Source: Pocillopora damicornis
Lineage: Eukaryota
Length of the DNA stretch: 64,000 nucleotides
Direction of reading: 5' to 3'
NCBI RefSeq assembly: GCF_003704095.1
Contig: NW_020843379.1
Location: forward strand, 1 to 64,000
Below the pieces are notes generated by a model, which saw only the letters and a program-made list of their open reading frames with translations, was not told where the DNA came from and did not search any database. Each line of letters starts with the position of its first letter. Position 1 is the first letter of the stretch. A program made the translations under genes and the position numbers. This document shows positions 24,317 through 38,296 of this stretch, piece after piece.

Positions 24317-25216
24317 AAATTAGAAATAAGTCATTGCAAGTGGAAATCGTTGCGCGCAAGCCTCATGACTGGTATCTTGGCAAAAAAATTACAGGAAAGA
24401 AAGACACGAGAAAGACGTGATTGACCCTTTAACCCCTCAGAATGACTAGCATCTAATTTCTCCTTACCATATCACCCTGAATAAAACATAAAGGTCGTGA
24501 GAATAGAGTAGATGATCAACAACCAAAGGAGCTCTTGACTGTTTGACAAATTCTCCTTGTCAGCTTCTTTGGAAATGTATGGATAACAGTAAGGAGAATA
24601 TGCATACTGATTCTAGGGTGTAAAAGTTTAATGCAATAGCCTGCGGGCAGGCTCTTATTCTTAGCGAGCGCTGCTGGATAAACGTTTTTCCGCCTGCGGG
24701 AAGGTTGGAGACGAATCGGAGAGGTTTACCGGGGGTCTGGTATCAAGGAGTCAAACTTTCCCGCTGGCGAAAAGAAAAAAAACGCTCTTGCTGAAAAGCT
24801 AATCATGAGGCTATGCTCGCAAGCTATTTCAGAAATCATACCACATCTTTTCCAGGCCGAAAAAAAAAAAGACTGACACCCAAGTGTCCAAACTTCTTGT
24901 CATCATCTGCATTTGAAATTTCCGTGAGAGGCATTTACCTGTTTACTAAATTGAAGGACAGTGCTCTGAAGAAAAAGTTTATCTGTGTTGTTTAGCTTTT
25001 TCACGTGTAACTTGCAATGGGTAAAGTTTGGATTACGATTCAAAATTTATTTTGTACATGAAAATACATCAAATATTTAGTCGGTGAATACAAGCCCAAA
25101 TTGAGACTGAACAGAGGCCAATACAAACAAATTCAAACTAGCATTTTCCCACTGAAACATTTAGCAGTCATGGGAAACTTGGAAAATTTCATAAAGGGGG
25201 CTGGATTGGAAAAAAT

Positions 25217-27635
25217 CTAAACTTTGCTTTGCCAGTGGTACTTGAAATGTTTTGGTTGGTACATAAACATAACCAGCTTAATGTAGTCAATTTCTAAATG
25301 AAATGGTCCTGTGTTCCAGTCTGCTAACGTGAAGCCTAATGTGCGTATCCTTGGAAATGCCATCTGTTGATCCTGTAAGTAACCTGCATTGGTCAGGACA
25401 AACTTTGTGAATGGCACCTGGTAAGAAATGTATTCACTGCATCAGAAAATGTAGTACAGTGAATGACCATATCATGATGCTCATTGTCTAATGTTGTGAC
25501 TATGTTGCCTTAGCTTTATGAGCCCTGAATGAACAAAGGTCTCATTCAGTGGCTTGTGCATGAAGAGGTGGGGGGGAAGGGATTGGGGTTTGGGGAAGAT
25601 GGTAAATGTTAATGTTAAATATTGCCATAAAACTCTTACATTTATGCCATAATGCTTATTACGAAAGATGATCATCTCACAGCTGGAGCTTGAGCAACCT
25701 GTGCAACCTTTCAGATACAAATGCTAAGTTCACTTCTAAGTTTACTTTGGTTGCTCTTCACTTCCCTCTGGTATTTAGTAATTTACCCAGGAATCATCTT
25801 AAACTACAACATACATCCTATGTGCATTCTTAAACTTGAATATACATGTACATATGCAAACTTTCCAAAAGTACCAATTTATGCAATCTATTCAATAGCA
25901 AATGAGAGTAGATAACTTCAGTATCAACTGGAGATTGTTTTCTTGACATAATACCACATTCTCCAAATAATTTTATGGAGATGGTAGCAGCTCATGGGTA
26001 AAATCAAAAGTTTGATCTTTTGAGTTTAAGGGTTGGAAACACTACCTAAACTGACGTATCTGGTGTTACTAACTGAACAGAAAATGCAAGTTGGCTGCCA
26101 TAAAGATTTCCTTATGCTAACCTTCGTCAGTTGATAGATCCAAATTATCTTCTAATACCCCCCATTGACACAGCTCCACAGTTTCTCTAGTAACTTAACC
26201 CCCCTTAACAACACAATTGTTATTCCTTAGAGTCCTACTGTTTGCTGTAAAAGTTATGTGTATGTTTTCTCAAAACTGTACCTTTACTGTCTCCCAAAGT
26301 GGTCCTCCTCTTGTATGAAAGAAAGATTGATGAATATCATCATCTCTGATGCTCTGCGTTTGAACATTCAGTGCATATGTTCGACCATCACCTCGCACTC
26401 TCATTACAATGCCATCATAATCTGTTACATCATTTGCAGTAACATCACCTTTCCAGTCCTGGAGAATAACCAAATAATTCCTAGTTAGGAGTGTTTCCAC
26501 ACACATATATATATATATTTCGTCTTTCCAAACAATTAGATCCAAGATTTGAAAGAAAAAACATTAATTTGCTAATTATAAGGTCCTGTTTAACCTTTTA
26601 ATCTCTAACAGTGACTTGTATCTAAATTCTCCTGAATCCTTTAACTCCCAGAAGTGATAGACATGTAACTTCTCCCAATAAAATTCATTCATCATCTAGC
26701 AAAGAGGTAACAAGAATACTTAAACTTGTCAAGTAGAGGTTGTTTTCCTGATTTAACACCAAATTCTTGTTACTTATTTAAGAGGAAATGTGAAGCAGCT
26801 AGAGGGGAGAATCAGATCTTGGGAGTGAAAGGGTTAAGTACTGTATCACTGCTGAATCAAATGTCAGGATCATCTAGAGAAAAAAAATGCAGTAAAAATT
26901 TTTTCTTCACAATATAAGGCAAGTTGTTATCTGCCAATATGATAATATATTTTATTTCAGGGTCTGTATTTCATGAAAATCTTGAATCACTCAAACTTCA
27001 AATGATTTTATGATATTGAAGGATTAAAAGTTCTTCACTGATTTATCCAAATTAGTACAGGTTTGCATTGTGGCTGTTATCTTTAACCCTTTAAATCCCA
27101 ATATCTAATAAGTATTTCTCCTTACTGTGTACCATACAATTCCTATGATGTTTTCCTGATAATTTGATATTTGATTTACTTATAATCTATGAATTTATAA
27201 TTTCTCACTCTCATCACTCGTCTGCTTGATATTGTTTTGATATTGTAAGGAGAGATTCTGTCTTAGTCACTCAAGGGAGTTAAAGGGGTTAAGTCTATGT
27301 GGCGTGTAACTAACCCTGTGCGGCTGCGCCCTGATAGCACACATACCACTGTACTTGACACTTGTAGCTTGAGGTAATTCTGTCGACAGATTCCCTCGAA
27401 ACACTGCCTTTCCCCCAGGGCTTTGTACAAATTCAGCTGTTGATTTGCCACCAAACTGTTCATCTGTAATCAGTGTCCACTTCTCGAGAGACTCCTTATC
27501 GCTGAAGTCCCACAGAATTTCTTGGTATTTCAATCTCGACATGGGATCTGGAAAGAGGGTGTCTACAACTTTTTTTACGGCTGGTTTTTTGAAAAACCCT
27601 TGGACACCTCTTACGATGCCCTTTCCAGCCGCCAT
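25217..27635 (-). CDS. NDUFAF1: Complex I assembly factor CIA30/NDUFAF1 (exons 27315-27635, 26282-26458, 25217-25417)
   Basis: CIA30 motifs LWDFS..W...TDEQFGGKSTA, AVFRGNLS, YDGIVMRVRGDGRTY, TRGGPLWETVKVPFTKF, GPFHLEIDYI; phase-0 introns in frame. Confidence 0.92.
27083..27292. mobile_element. piggyBac-like MITE, subtype B, in NDUFAF1 intron 1
   Basis: TTAACCCTTTAAATCCC ... GGGAGTTAAAGGGGTTAA. Confidence 0.75.
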
Positions 27636-27711
27636 GATGTTTTTGTCCTGATACCCAGGCTTTACGCTGTGTTACTTTTCCGACAGAGACTGGCTCCTAC
27701 AGGGACGAAAG

Positions 27712-30700
27712 ATGGCGGGTGTTTGCGGCAATTGCCAAATACTTCGCCTGACTTCAACCCTAAAAGGATGCTTTAACACCAAATTCCTGTCTTTTAAACC
27801 AAAATATATCATACCTGCTACCTTCGTCTCTACCTTCAGTTTTCTCGGATGTCGACGTTCGTCTGAAGATCGTCGTTCTGGAGGCTTCATTTGGCAACAC
27901 GGAAGATGTGTGCAGGAAGACGTCTACACGTTTTGGAAGATGGAAGGATCAAGAACTTATAGATCCACTTCTTTTCATTTTCAGCGAGGTGTAGAGGAAC
28001 CTGGGAAGACGAAACCAGTGTCTGGAATAATCAAGACGAAGCTGGAAAAGATGAAAGAAATGGTATGTTATATTCCAAAACTAAATATTGCCTAGGGGTT
28101 AGTTGGAGGAAAGTGTGTAAGGTGAACGAGAGGCGGCATGGGCCGGAAGGGTGATGGGGAAGGTAATGACTATGACTTTTGCCTCCTGTGCAGCCATCAG
28201 GAGATACATGTATTGCCTCCTTTTTCAAGTTGCCTGGCATTTTGTTATTATTTTGATCATGTTGTCTGATTGTCTAAATCAGAGTCATGACACTCAACTG
28301 AAAACAATGCTTCACTTGACTCTGATAATGACTTTCATAAGGTTGTTGAAACCTCAGTCACCACTATCGACAACGGTCTTGCTCAGGACTGCCCCCACCA
28401 AGATGATCATACTACATGATCACATCATGGGCATGATTGTGCTTTCCAATACCAAAGCAAAAATATTTTTCAAGTTTTCTTTTGCACTATGTTGTCAGTA
28501 TGTGATAAAAAATTATTTGATGGGAGTGTACAGGCATGTATTTATCTAATGATGATCAAAGTTGCTTTGCACCCAAATTGACATAGAATTTATGCAGAGT
28601 GAGTGAATGACAATTTCAGTTTCTAGGCAGCAGCAAGCTACATTTCTTTTCATTATTATTATTTTTTTTTTAAAGAAAGAAGATATTTATACAGTGCCAA
28701 ATCTGCTGTCCACCTTCAGAATAGTGATCACTCCAGTTCTTGGCTATCTGATAGTTACAGAGGATTTTGTCAGCTCTTTAATTTTCTTTGGTGTCGCTGG
28801 TGTCACTGACATGGTATGATATGAGTGAACAATGCTTTAATCACACTTTGTGTTTCTTTAATGAATTTTCATTAACCCTTTACACCCTAGAATCAGTATG
28901 CATATTCTCCATACTGCTCCTTATACATTTGTTAAGGTGCAGGCAAGGAGAATCTGTTTAGCACTAAGAGCTTCTTCAGTTGATGATCATTTCCTTTTTT
29001 CTCATGACCTTAATGTGTGATTCAGGGGTGACATTGTATAAAGAAATTAGATTCTAGTCACTGTCAGGGGACAAAAGGTCCAGGATGGAGTCCAATTAAA
29101 ATAACTTGAACCAAGCACTCATTGACCCTTTACACCCTTACATCAGTATGCATATTCTCCATACTGTTCTCAGTATATTTTCTAAGGTGCTGACAAGGAG
29201 AATTTGTTTAACAATCAAGAGCTTATATAATAAGTGATTATCTCATTTATTCTTGTCACATTTATGGGTTATACAGGGGTGATATTATGATGTTAGTCAC
29301 TCTTCGGGGTTATACAGTTAAATATATACTACATAACCTTCTTTCAGTTTGTATCCCTGTGAGATGACTCTCTATTAGAAAGACATGTATTTGTGTATGA
29401 TTGTAGTTACCCATGGAATTTTAACCTTAAAACATCTTGAAAATCCTTTCAACTTGAGACAGTACTTGTTACAAGAAAAATGATGAAAAGTATTTAAGGT
29501 GAATTATGACCATACAGCTTATCCCTGTGTTCATTTAGCTTGATGGATTCATTGCAAGAAATTTTAAAAACCAGAAATCAGTGCTGGGCACAGTTTTAGA
29601 TCCATTTGCTGACAAGATTCTGATGTCTGTACTGACCATATCTCTCACTGTTGTGTCTCTTCTACCAGGTAAATTATTTAGACTTGAGAATAAAAAACTA
29701 ATTAAGTTTATCAAGAGTTAACAACTATCCACAGTAGTGGAGGTGGTTATTGGTAGGCATTAAGCAAGTTGCACAGCAGAAATATCCACCAACAGTGAGA
29801 TGAATGGTTGAATAGTTGTTTCTGTATTTACCTATACACAGAGATAATATTGCCCAAAGACATGATTTGATCTCTTTTAGATGTATTCCTGCAACAATTA
29901 CAAATTTTTTGGGCACATATACCCATGTGAGTTGCTTGGAGATGAGAAGCAAAAGATAGTTAGAGTTTGAGAAGCAAGCCTTTAATGCCTTCTAGTATAT
30001 ACCAAAACTGTTTTTAGATATCATAAGTAACTGTAGGTTGTAATTTCTTTTTTTTACCATTAAAAGAATACGAGTGTGTCAGATGGCTAGGGTTAGGTGT
30101 AGTTAAGCTAAGTTATAAAAAGGTCCCTGATGATGATGACGATGATGATGATGATAGTGATAATGATGATGATTACAAAAATCTCAATGATAACGAGAAC
30201 TAGAGTACTGATCAAGATTATGTTAAAAATGACAACATTGGCCATGAAGGTCTGAGACCAAAGTTAAATGTTTTAATGCAGCGATATAAAATACAGTGCT
30301 ATGACTTGCTGTAACCCTTTTTTATCAATGAAGGAACACTGCATGGCATAAAGAAATGCATGGCAGAAGGTGCAGCAAATTGAAATTTGCAAATTTGGGT
30401 GAGCTTATCAGCACTGCAAGGCTCAAACTGAGTTCAGAGTCCTCTTGAACTTCATCTGATACCCTCTTTTCTCTCTTTCTTGTTAGTTACCCTGACCGCA
30501 TTGATTCTGAGTCGAGATGCCCTTTTGATTGGCTATGCTTTTTACTTGAGATACAAGTCACTTCCATCACCGGTAGGTTTTACCTCACTCAATCTTTTTA
30601 GTATTTCACAACAAACAAATGCTGGCAATGCAGTATTTAAATGTGTTCATTTGTCTTATTTTCTTGTTAAAACAATTTTGTGTTGATTTCTTTAGAAAAC

Positions 30701-32568
30701 AATTTCCAGGTACTTTGATTTTAACTTACCTACAGTGGAGCTTAGACCCAACTTTCTTGGCAAGGTCAGTCAACTCCTCAGATCTGATTTTTATTTCTCT
30801 CTGCCAATTGCTCTACATTTCCTTAAGATTTAGTGGAGAGAATTTCATTTTTTATCAAGACCAAAGTTAGTGCATACATGCATCAGTTACTGACCAAGGT
30901 TATATATAGTTTACTTTCAAAGCTTTAAGAATGTGCAAATTTCTAAACTTGATAAACTTTTATAAAATTTGAAGTTTCTTTTGTAGCCAAAATCTAGAAT
31001 CAGAATTAAAATGTAGTGAAGACAGATGTAATTAAATTTGATGGAAATCACTTGTTGGTGAGATTTGCCCACAGTTTAAGATATCATACTCTTAAATATG
31101 AGCTAAACTGCACAACCCTTAGCCTACACCCTCTCCTCTCCTTTTCCTTCCTTAATCCCATAGAACAATTTCTACCCTCTGCTGCAGTAAAATCAAAGAT
31201 GGCAACATAATTTTCATCAAGAAATATTGAGCACTTGCTTGCTTAAATTAAGCCTGTTCTGAAAGCTAACACTATCTACCACTTAGTGCCAAGATTAAGT
31301 TATTTAATACAATTTGATTTGCAAAAATGTGTTAAAAAAAAAGGCCAACATTGGCATTTTTTAATCTGGTGGTTCCAGTTGTTTGATAACCAATCATGAC
31401 AAATTTGTATCATAATGCAAGAGCCTCTGTTTATTATTGAACTTTCCTTCATTGTTTTAGGCCAACACAGTTTTACAGCTGGCTCTTGTTGGCTGTTCGT
31501 TAACTGCTCCTGTTTTTGGATTTGTGGATCATCCTCATTTGCAATACCTTTGGTGGGTGACAAATTTCATATTTTTAATCACTGGCTGTTTTTCTTCAGA
31601 TGAAAAAAAAAACAACACAAACAATAAGAAAAAAAAGAAACTTTTTTGGACGAAGCTGATGGAGGAAGAACAGTTATTCCTGTAAAAGATTTTGATCAGT
31701 TTTGTCCAAACTGTAGTCTCAGAGATTCTTTGCTCCTCACTACTCATTGTAAGACTATTTCACACACATCAATCTTTTCTACCCTAACATCAGTCTGCAT
31801 ATCCTCCATACTGTTCTCTATACATTTCCTTAGGTGCAGACAAGGAGAATTTGTTTAACAATCAAGAGCTTCTTTGGGCTGTTGATCATTTTCTTTATTC
31901 TCATCTCATTACCTTAATGTGTGATACAGGGGTGATATTGTAAGGGGAAATTAGATGCTAGTCACCCTTAGGGGTTAAAGGATTAACCGTTTCTACCCTA
32001 ACATCCATATGCATATTCTCCTTACTCTCCTCAGTAAAATTCCCAAGGTATTGATAAGGAGAGTTTGCTTAACAGTGTAGAGCCTCTTTAGTGCGTTTTT
32101 GATTCAGGGGTCATCCTGTAAGGAGAAATTAGATACCAGTCACTCTCTGGGTGTAAAATTTGGCAGCAAATGGCTATACCCATAGAATTAAATTAAAAAT
32201 TTTCTTCTATACGTATCATAAACATATAGAACATACATGCATATGTGCATACATTAGCACTCCAAGTTGCCCCCTCAATTGTGTTTAATGAAATAATCCT
32301 AAGCACAAAGCAGCCCTGTGAAGGAACATTCTCCCTAGTTCCTTTAGAAACTTTACCAAGGAAAACAAGAACTTTTTAAAAACCATAACTTTTTGTTTGG
32401 GTGTAATGGGTTTAGCTTAAAAACTATTAAACGAGTTATGAATTTTTTTTTTTGTTTGTTTTCATCGTATTATGTAATTTTTTTTTCAGGTATACAGTGG
32501 CTTGTTCAACTGTCATGTCTAGTTTTAGTTATCTTATCAACTTTAGAGGATCTGTAAAATATCTTTAA
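27712..32568 (+). CDS. CRLS1: Cardiolipin synthase (CMP-forming); exons 27712-28062, 28676-28813, 29539-29668, 30487-30572, 30696-30764, 31461-31552, 32490-32568
   Basis: [15 protein letters not shown]; CDP-alcohol phosphotransferase motif [27 protein letters not shown]; [23 protein letters not shown]; Arg/Ser-rich N-terminus resembling a mitochondrial presequence. Confidence 0.92.
30128..30175. repeat. (GAT)n microsatellite in a CRLS1 intron
   Basis: tgatgatgatgacgatgatgatgatgatagtgataatgatgatgat. Confidence 0.9.
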
Positions 32569-34280
32569 TAAATTAATTGAACGATTGCAGCTTCTTTGGA
32601 AAAAAAAAAGATGAAATAAAGAGAAAAGAATTTTAAAGAATGCGTAGTGTTCGTTGTGAGATGTGCCCTTTGGATTCAACTTTTTAAAAAAATACAAAAA
32701 GCATAAAGCATAAAAAGGCTAAGTAAAACTAACCAAATATAAGTCAGCAAACAAAACGTAACAAGAAGCGAAAACAAACAAATACTCACTGGAATAGAAC
32801 AGAAAAAAAGGACTACCGTCATCCTTCGAGAGAGATCTTTCGAACCTTAAACGCTTGGAGTTTCAATAAAAGCCAGTTATTGGCGGTCTACCGCCGCCTG
32901 TAAGACTTCTCTCTGCCATCTGTTTCGATGGCAAGCAAGCTCTCGGATTTGGGTTTTTCCGCACGGCACAATCGCGTATTACGCCATCTGGAGCCGCGCA
33001 CCCTATCTTATGTGGACAGACCTAATTACTCCACTTTACAAAATACTAATTTTTACAACTCCACTCGACTTTTTGGTAGGATGCATCTAAGTTAGCCTTC
33101 CTTAGCTTGACAAATTGCAGGGGACGGTCGACAGTCAAAAATAAGGAGAGGGCTGGGGTGGGAGAAGTCTTCTCGCCCTTTCCCCACCCTACCCCCACCG
33201 TCCACTCTAACTCCAAATCAAACATGACCGGCCTGAGAAACGTTAGCTCGCCCTAATAAGACGTCGGCAACTGCACTGCAGGTTACTCAGAAATGATCTT
33301 GTCTAGATTTTGGCTTTTTTTAGATACCAAAACACTTAACAGTGCTTCCACACTTATACCCATTGAGAATAATCGCACCGTGCTTCAATGAATGGTAAAC
33401 GCTCGACTCTGATGAAACATGATGACCTCCGCATAGGTTGTCGAATCGTTGGTCACTTTTACCGACAACAAGCAGTCCTCGAGACTAGTCACGATAGGAC
33501 ATGATTCGATTTCTTTTACTTAACCGGCGCAGCTGACTGTTTTGTTAAAGTTTTATTGGGCAGAGTCACAAAGGGAATCAGCTGTACCTCTCGTTTTCTC
33601 ACGTCCAACTCCTTTATTACTTTCATCGAGCGCACGAAAAGCTACCTCCCTCCCTTAATCGTTTCTTTTTTCTCTAACAAGCATCTAAATTCTCCCAACA
33701 ATATCAGCCCTGAATAAAACATTAATGTCATGAGAATACAAGAAATGATCACAAACTCTTCAAGCTTCAGATTGTTAAGTAAGGTCTCCTTGTCAGCATC
33801 ATAGAAATTGTATAAATAACAGTAAGGAGAACTTGCACATTGATGTTGGGACGTAAAGAGTAACAACCAACCCATTGCGATAGAGGTGCGTTGCGCCTTC
33901 ACACGAATCATCAAGCTGTAGGCCTAGACAGCTCGAGTAAGCTGATCAAAAGATACTTGAAAATTCTTTAATTTGACACAAATTTATCATTTGTAGCCTG
34001 GGACAAGAGATAATGGACAGATCTCTCCAGACTATTTGCAATGGAAAACAGCAATGAAGCGATAAATTTCAATTGTTCTTGATATCCCTTTGTGGTTTTC
34101 ACCAATCGAAATTCCATACGTAGTCTCGGTTTGACGGAAAATAAAGTTAAGAATAGACGCAGGCATTAACAAAGTAATTAGCTGAATTAGCATACGTAAA
34201 TTGTCTAAGCGAATGGTGACAATTTGTGGCAAGCCTGGTAATTTACAGAATATTACGGCACACAGACATCAAAAATAAGG

Positions 34281-36428
34281 ATGGCACCCTTGAGTATGCG
34301 GTGTATTTTCATTGTTGCTCTCTTCGGCGGATCTTTCGCACGTGCCGATGAAGAGGCGAAATCGGTTCTACACGATTCCAAAGTCACGCACGATCGAGAG
34401 TAAGTAACTTTACATCAAAAAGTACCTAACTTAACAGTTGAAATCCTAATGTGCGCTTTGAAGATCACTATGGTTTTCAGTACCAAGCGAATGCCACCTA
34501 AATTATTTATTAATATTATTTAGACAAAATAGAAATATATCCATTTGAATCAGGACTTGGTGCTGCAATATTGAAAGTGTGAAATCGTACCGCTTGAATG
34601 TGTGTGAAGATCGATGTAAATGGTCCAATTATTCATGTATTTTAACTTGTTTACCGCTCTGTTGCTATCTCAAACATATAATTTTATCACATTTCGGGAG
34701 GTATAATTTAATACGACCCACACTTGCATGCTGCTGGTTTTTTTCGAAAAAGCCAGTAAATTTTTCTGTGTAAAAAGCATGCACACCGGTTATTTTCGTC
34801 TGTGTTTGTATAGGTAAACATGATTTCAAATGGTTAAATTTGCAGCATTCAAATTGCACCTGCTTCGTAATGTGATAATCCATGCGAACGCGAAACGAGG
34901 CATGCGTGAAGTGTGAAAAACCAGGCCAGTCGAGTGTGACTGAAGAGTAACCCTACTGACTACCTACTTATTCGGCCTGAGAAAAAACAAAACGGCGCAA
35001 CGTGACAAACGATGGCCAGCACTCAATCTCCCAAAATAGACAAGGAAACTGTTCTACATGAACGGTGGAACAAAAAAAAGTCGTATTAAAAAGGAAGCCA
35101 AACAAAAATAGCAAGAAACATTTTGGCCTAGAGTGACTGGGTCATTCTTATCAGTAACACGCAATTAATCCTCTAACTCCCAAGAACTGATTGTCAATTC
35201 TCTCTTCTAGCTGCTACACATTTCCTTGTAAACAAGTTGAGAGAATTTGGGCTCGATCAAGATAACAATTTGTACCTGATAATTTTAAGTATTCTCATTT
35301 CTAGTCTGTTGGAGAACGTATGGTTATTATAGGGAGAAGTTACAAGTTAATCACTTTGGGAAGTGAAAGGGTTAAAAAACGCTATGAAACCGTCCCCACT
35401 CCTGAAAAATGGGGAAACTGTGGTACAGCGTCGTTGAGAGAGGGAGGGGNNNNNNNNNNTTGGTTTTAGACTGAATTGATAATGTAAGTGTGGCTACCGT
35501 AGAGGGTTTCTAAAGTTGATGTTTCGAGAGTTATTCAGAGCGAACGCTCGAACGTCAGCTTTAGGGCCTGGTTACAAGGGCTGCGCCAATTAGGTTTGGC
35601 TGAGATTTCGTCAATTTAGTTTAACGCAAGAATTTACATGGCAACCGAGCCAGCCCAGTCATTGTGATACCGGGATCCCGGCTAACCGGGCTGGCTCGGT
35701 TGTCATGTAATCACGAAATTGATTTTTGTTGCGCCAATGAAAAGTGCCGAGATCTCGGCAAAATCCTGGCAAAACTAAGCCAGCCCGGCTCATAGAAATT
35801 CTTTACCGGGAAGGTGGCCAATTTATATTATCAACTCACTTGATAAAACAGGATCGTCTCCACTTATGCCGCTTTTTTGCGGCTCTGCAGATCGGAAATC
35901 CTTCTTTTTCACACCAAAGAGGATATAAAGGTGTCATGGGCTGATCTATTGTTACTCACAACTTTTAAGTTAAAAATGTCTTTTTTAAGTGTTGTTGACC
36001 TTGTTTCTGCAAGAACTTTTTATATTTATTTTACCTTAGTTTGTCATCCACAAGTAATTTGCCAGAAAAGTCAGCTTTTCACAAGAATTTTCTTTAATTT
36101 TAGTCATATCAAGGAGCATCTAAAAGAGGAAATTGAGTTCAAAGAAGAAGAAATGAGTGATGAAGACCTACAGTTCCACTACTTCCGACTTCATGATTAC
36201 GACGGAAACAGAAAACTGGACGGACTGGAGATTATGCATGCCATCAGCCATTATCAGAACGAGTCGGGAGTAACAGACAAAGAGGAAACTTCGGACGAAG
36301 CTAATTCGAGAACCGTGGACCAGATTTTGGACGAGGATGACTTAAATTCAGACGGATATATTGACTATCCCGAATATATCGCATCGCATAAAACCACGAC
36401 CAAAAATTCAGAAGGGCACGCAAACTAA
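34281..36428 (+). CDS. MCFD2: MCFD2-like EF-hand protein, paralog 2 (exons 34281-34399, 36104-36428)
   Basis: Signal peptide MAPLSMRCIFIVALFGGSFARA; LHDSKVTHDRDHIKEHL, MSDEDLQFHYFRLHDYDGNRKLDGLEI, DDLNSDGYIDYPEY; same phase-2 intron position as paralog 1. Confidence 0.88.
35165..35375. mobile_element. piggyBac-like MITE, subtype C
   Basis: ttaatcctctaactccc ... gtgaaagggttaa with gctacacatttcc..aagataac core. Confidence 0.65.
35562..35800. mobile_element. Palindromic GC-rich MITE-like repeat in the MCFD2 paralog 2 intron
   Basis: Internal hairpin ttacatggcaaccgagccagccc ... gggctggctcggttgtcatgtaa (35634-35710); outer boundaries approximate. Confidence 0.5.
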
Positions 36429-36854
36429 CCCGATACTCATTCCAGAAAAACTGCTTTTCTATGTAATTCTGATTTCAACTATTGCCTTAGTTTTTTCAAA
36501 TATAACATTGATTATTAAGACGGGAAAAAAACTGTTACTTTTGCGCGTAGTATCCGTTCCGACTCGTTTCACACGTCACGCAACGTGCTCACACGGGAAG
36601 ACAAAGCGTCGCGTGACGAGACTAAACACATGAGGCATTAATTTCGGCCGCCAGCGAGCCACTTTCCCGCGCATAATTTCACATGAAAACGTAAGAAACG
36701 ACCGGTCTCAGAAAATAAACAAAAGAAAATTGAAATCTGTAAAAGAAAAAAGTAGGAAAAAGGAAAACTCGAGACTTTTGAACACAAAGCTTCTTCAAGA
36801 AATTTATTCCAAAACACCATGACTCACTGGCTTGTGTGGTTGTTTGCAACTTGT

Positions 36855-37063
36855 TTAACCCTTTAACTCCCAGATAAAATTTGTAATTCTCCTTACTGTC
36901 AACCATACAATTATTATAATGTTAGTTCAGAGAATTAAGTATCAAATCAACTAACTATCCCCAATTTGATATTTTTCTTTTTTCTCATCACTCATCTGGT
37001 TGATATTGTATTGATACTGTAAGGAGAAATTCTGTCTTGGTCACCTATGGGAGTTAAAGGGTT
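36855..37063. mobile_element. piggyBac-like MITE, subtype B
   Basis: TTAACCCTTTAACTCCCAG ... GGGAGTTAAAGGGTT. Confidence 0.78.
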
Positions 37064-38296
37064 CTGACAGCCTGAAAGTACCCCACCTAGTTATTACAAC
37101 AGTCGCACATGCAGATGCACTTTGTTGAGTGTTAGGTAGACCATACGCTCGATTAAGAACCACTGTTCAGAAAATGAACCCACAATCCTCAATCTATCCA
37201 CAAGGATAGAGCATCAATTGCTTCATTTTGTTATTTTCAGTCATCAATTCTCCTTTTTTTTAGTCCACATTCAATTTCTGTTGTTGCAACAAAATAAAAA
37301 TAAAACCTGAATAGGAAACCAAATGATTCTTCACTAGGATAAAGCCTCTTGCAACTCATACCCTTCTCCTACCCTTACTTATTTCAAGTGTGTGTGCATG
37401 GGTGTGGGTGGGTGTGTCTGTGTGTGATTTTTAGAGGAGGTAGAGTGGGGGGGAGGGGGTCCTGTGCACACAACATGCAAATCGTTAATTAAATGCCAAA
37501 AATTCACAGTTCTTAGGGTGTTAATTTCATCTTCTCACAGGCCACAAAAATTAATCCCTTGATCACTTAATCCCCTCATCATGCAGAAACCCCTCTTACC
37601 CTCTTGTTATAGTATGTTATTAACTTGGCACAGTAATTTAGTGAATTGTATTGGGGTAATGTAGAATAGTATTTTGTATTAACTAAGTCTATGTTATTAA
37701 ACAATGCATGAAAACATAGTATCATGCTCCCCCACATGAGATATCTTTTAGGGCTAAGGGCTTCTTGACAATAGCCTAGATTGATTTATAGATTTGTAGT
37801 TCAAGTTGAATCACCATTAAGAGTGTGAACAATATACACTTAAATCAACTCAGGTTGCTCGTCATTTCTTGTGAAATCCCTTACAAACAAGCATGCCTGC
37901 TCTGAACCCTCAGTCAATAGGGACTGGTGATAATTTTAGTGCAAGAAGTGTGGCATTGGCAAAATAAGCCAAAGAAAAAGGTAGAGGCTACTTCTAAATA
38001 TCTGACCACAACAAGGTTGCCCTCCAAGGTGATCTAAAGTGGAACAAATGATACTCAAAGTGAACTTCCCTTTCTTTGAAGAAAATGTGGAGTAATCATA
38101 GATTAAGCTTGATTTTTGCCGATCTCTCCTGACCACTTTTTGCTCCTCACTGGTTCAAGGGGGGGAGTGTGGGCTCATATTCCCAAACAGTGGCAGGTTA
38201 TTGAGCCTATCATAGATGAGTATATAAGATACTTCAGTGGATACTTGGATGAGAAAGCAAAATAAATGATTGACCATTATCATGATAATTATGTAC

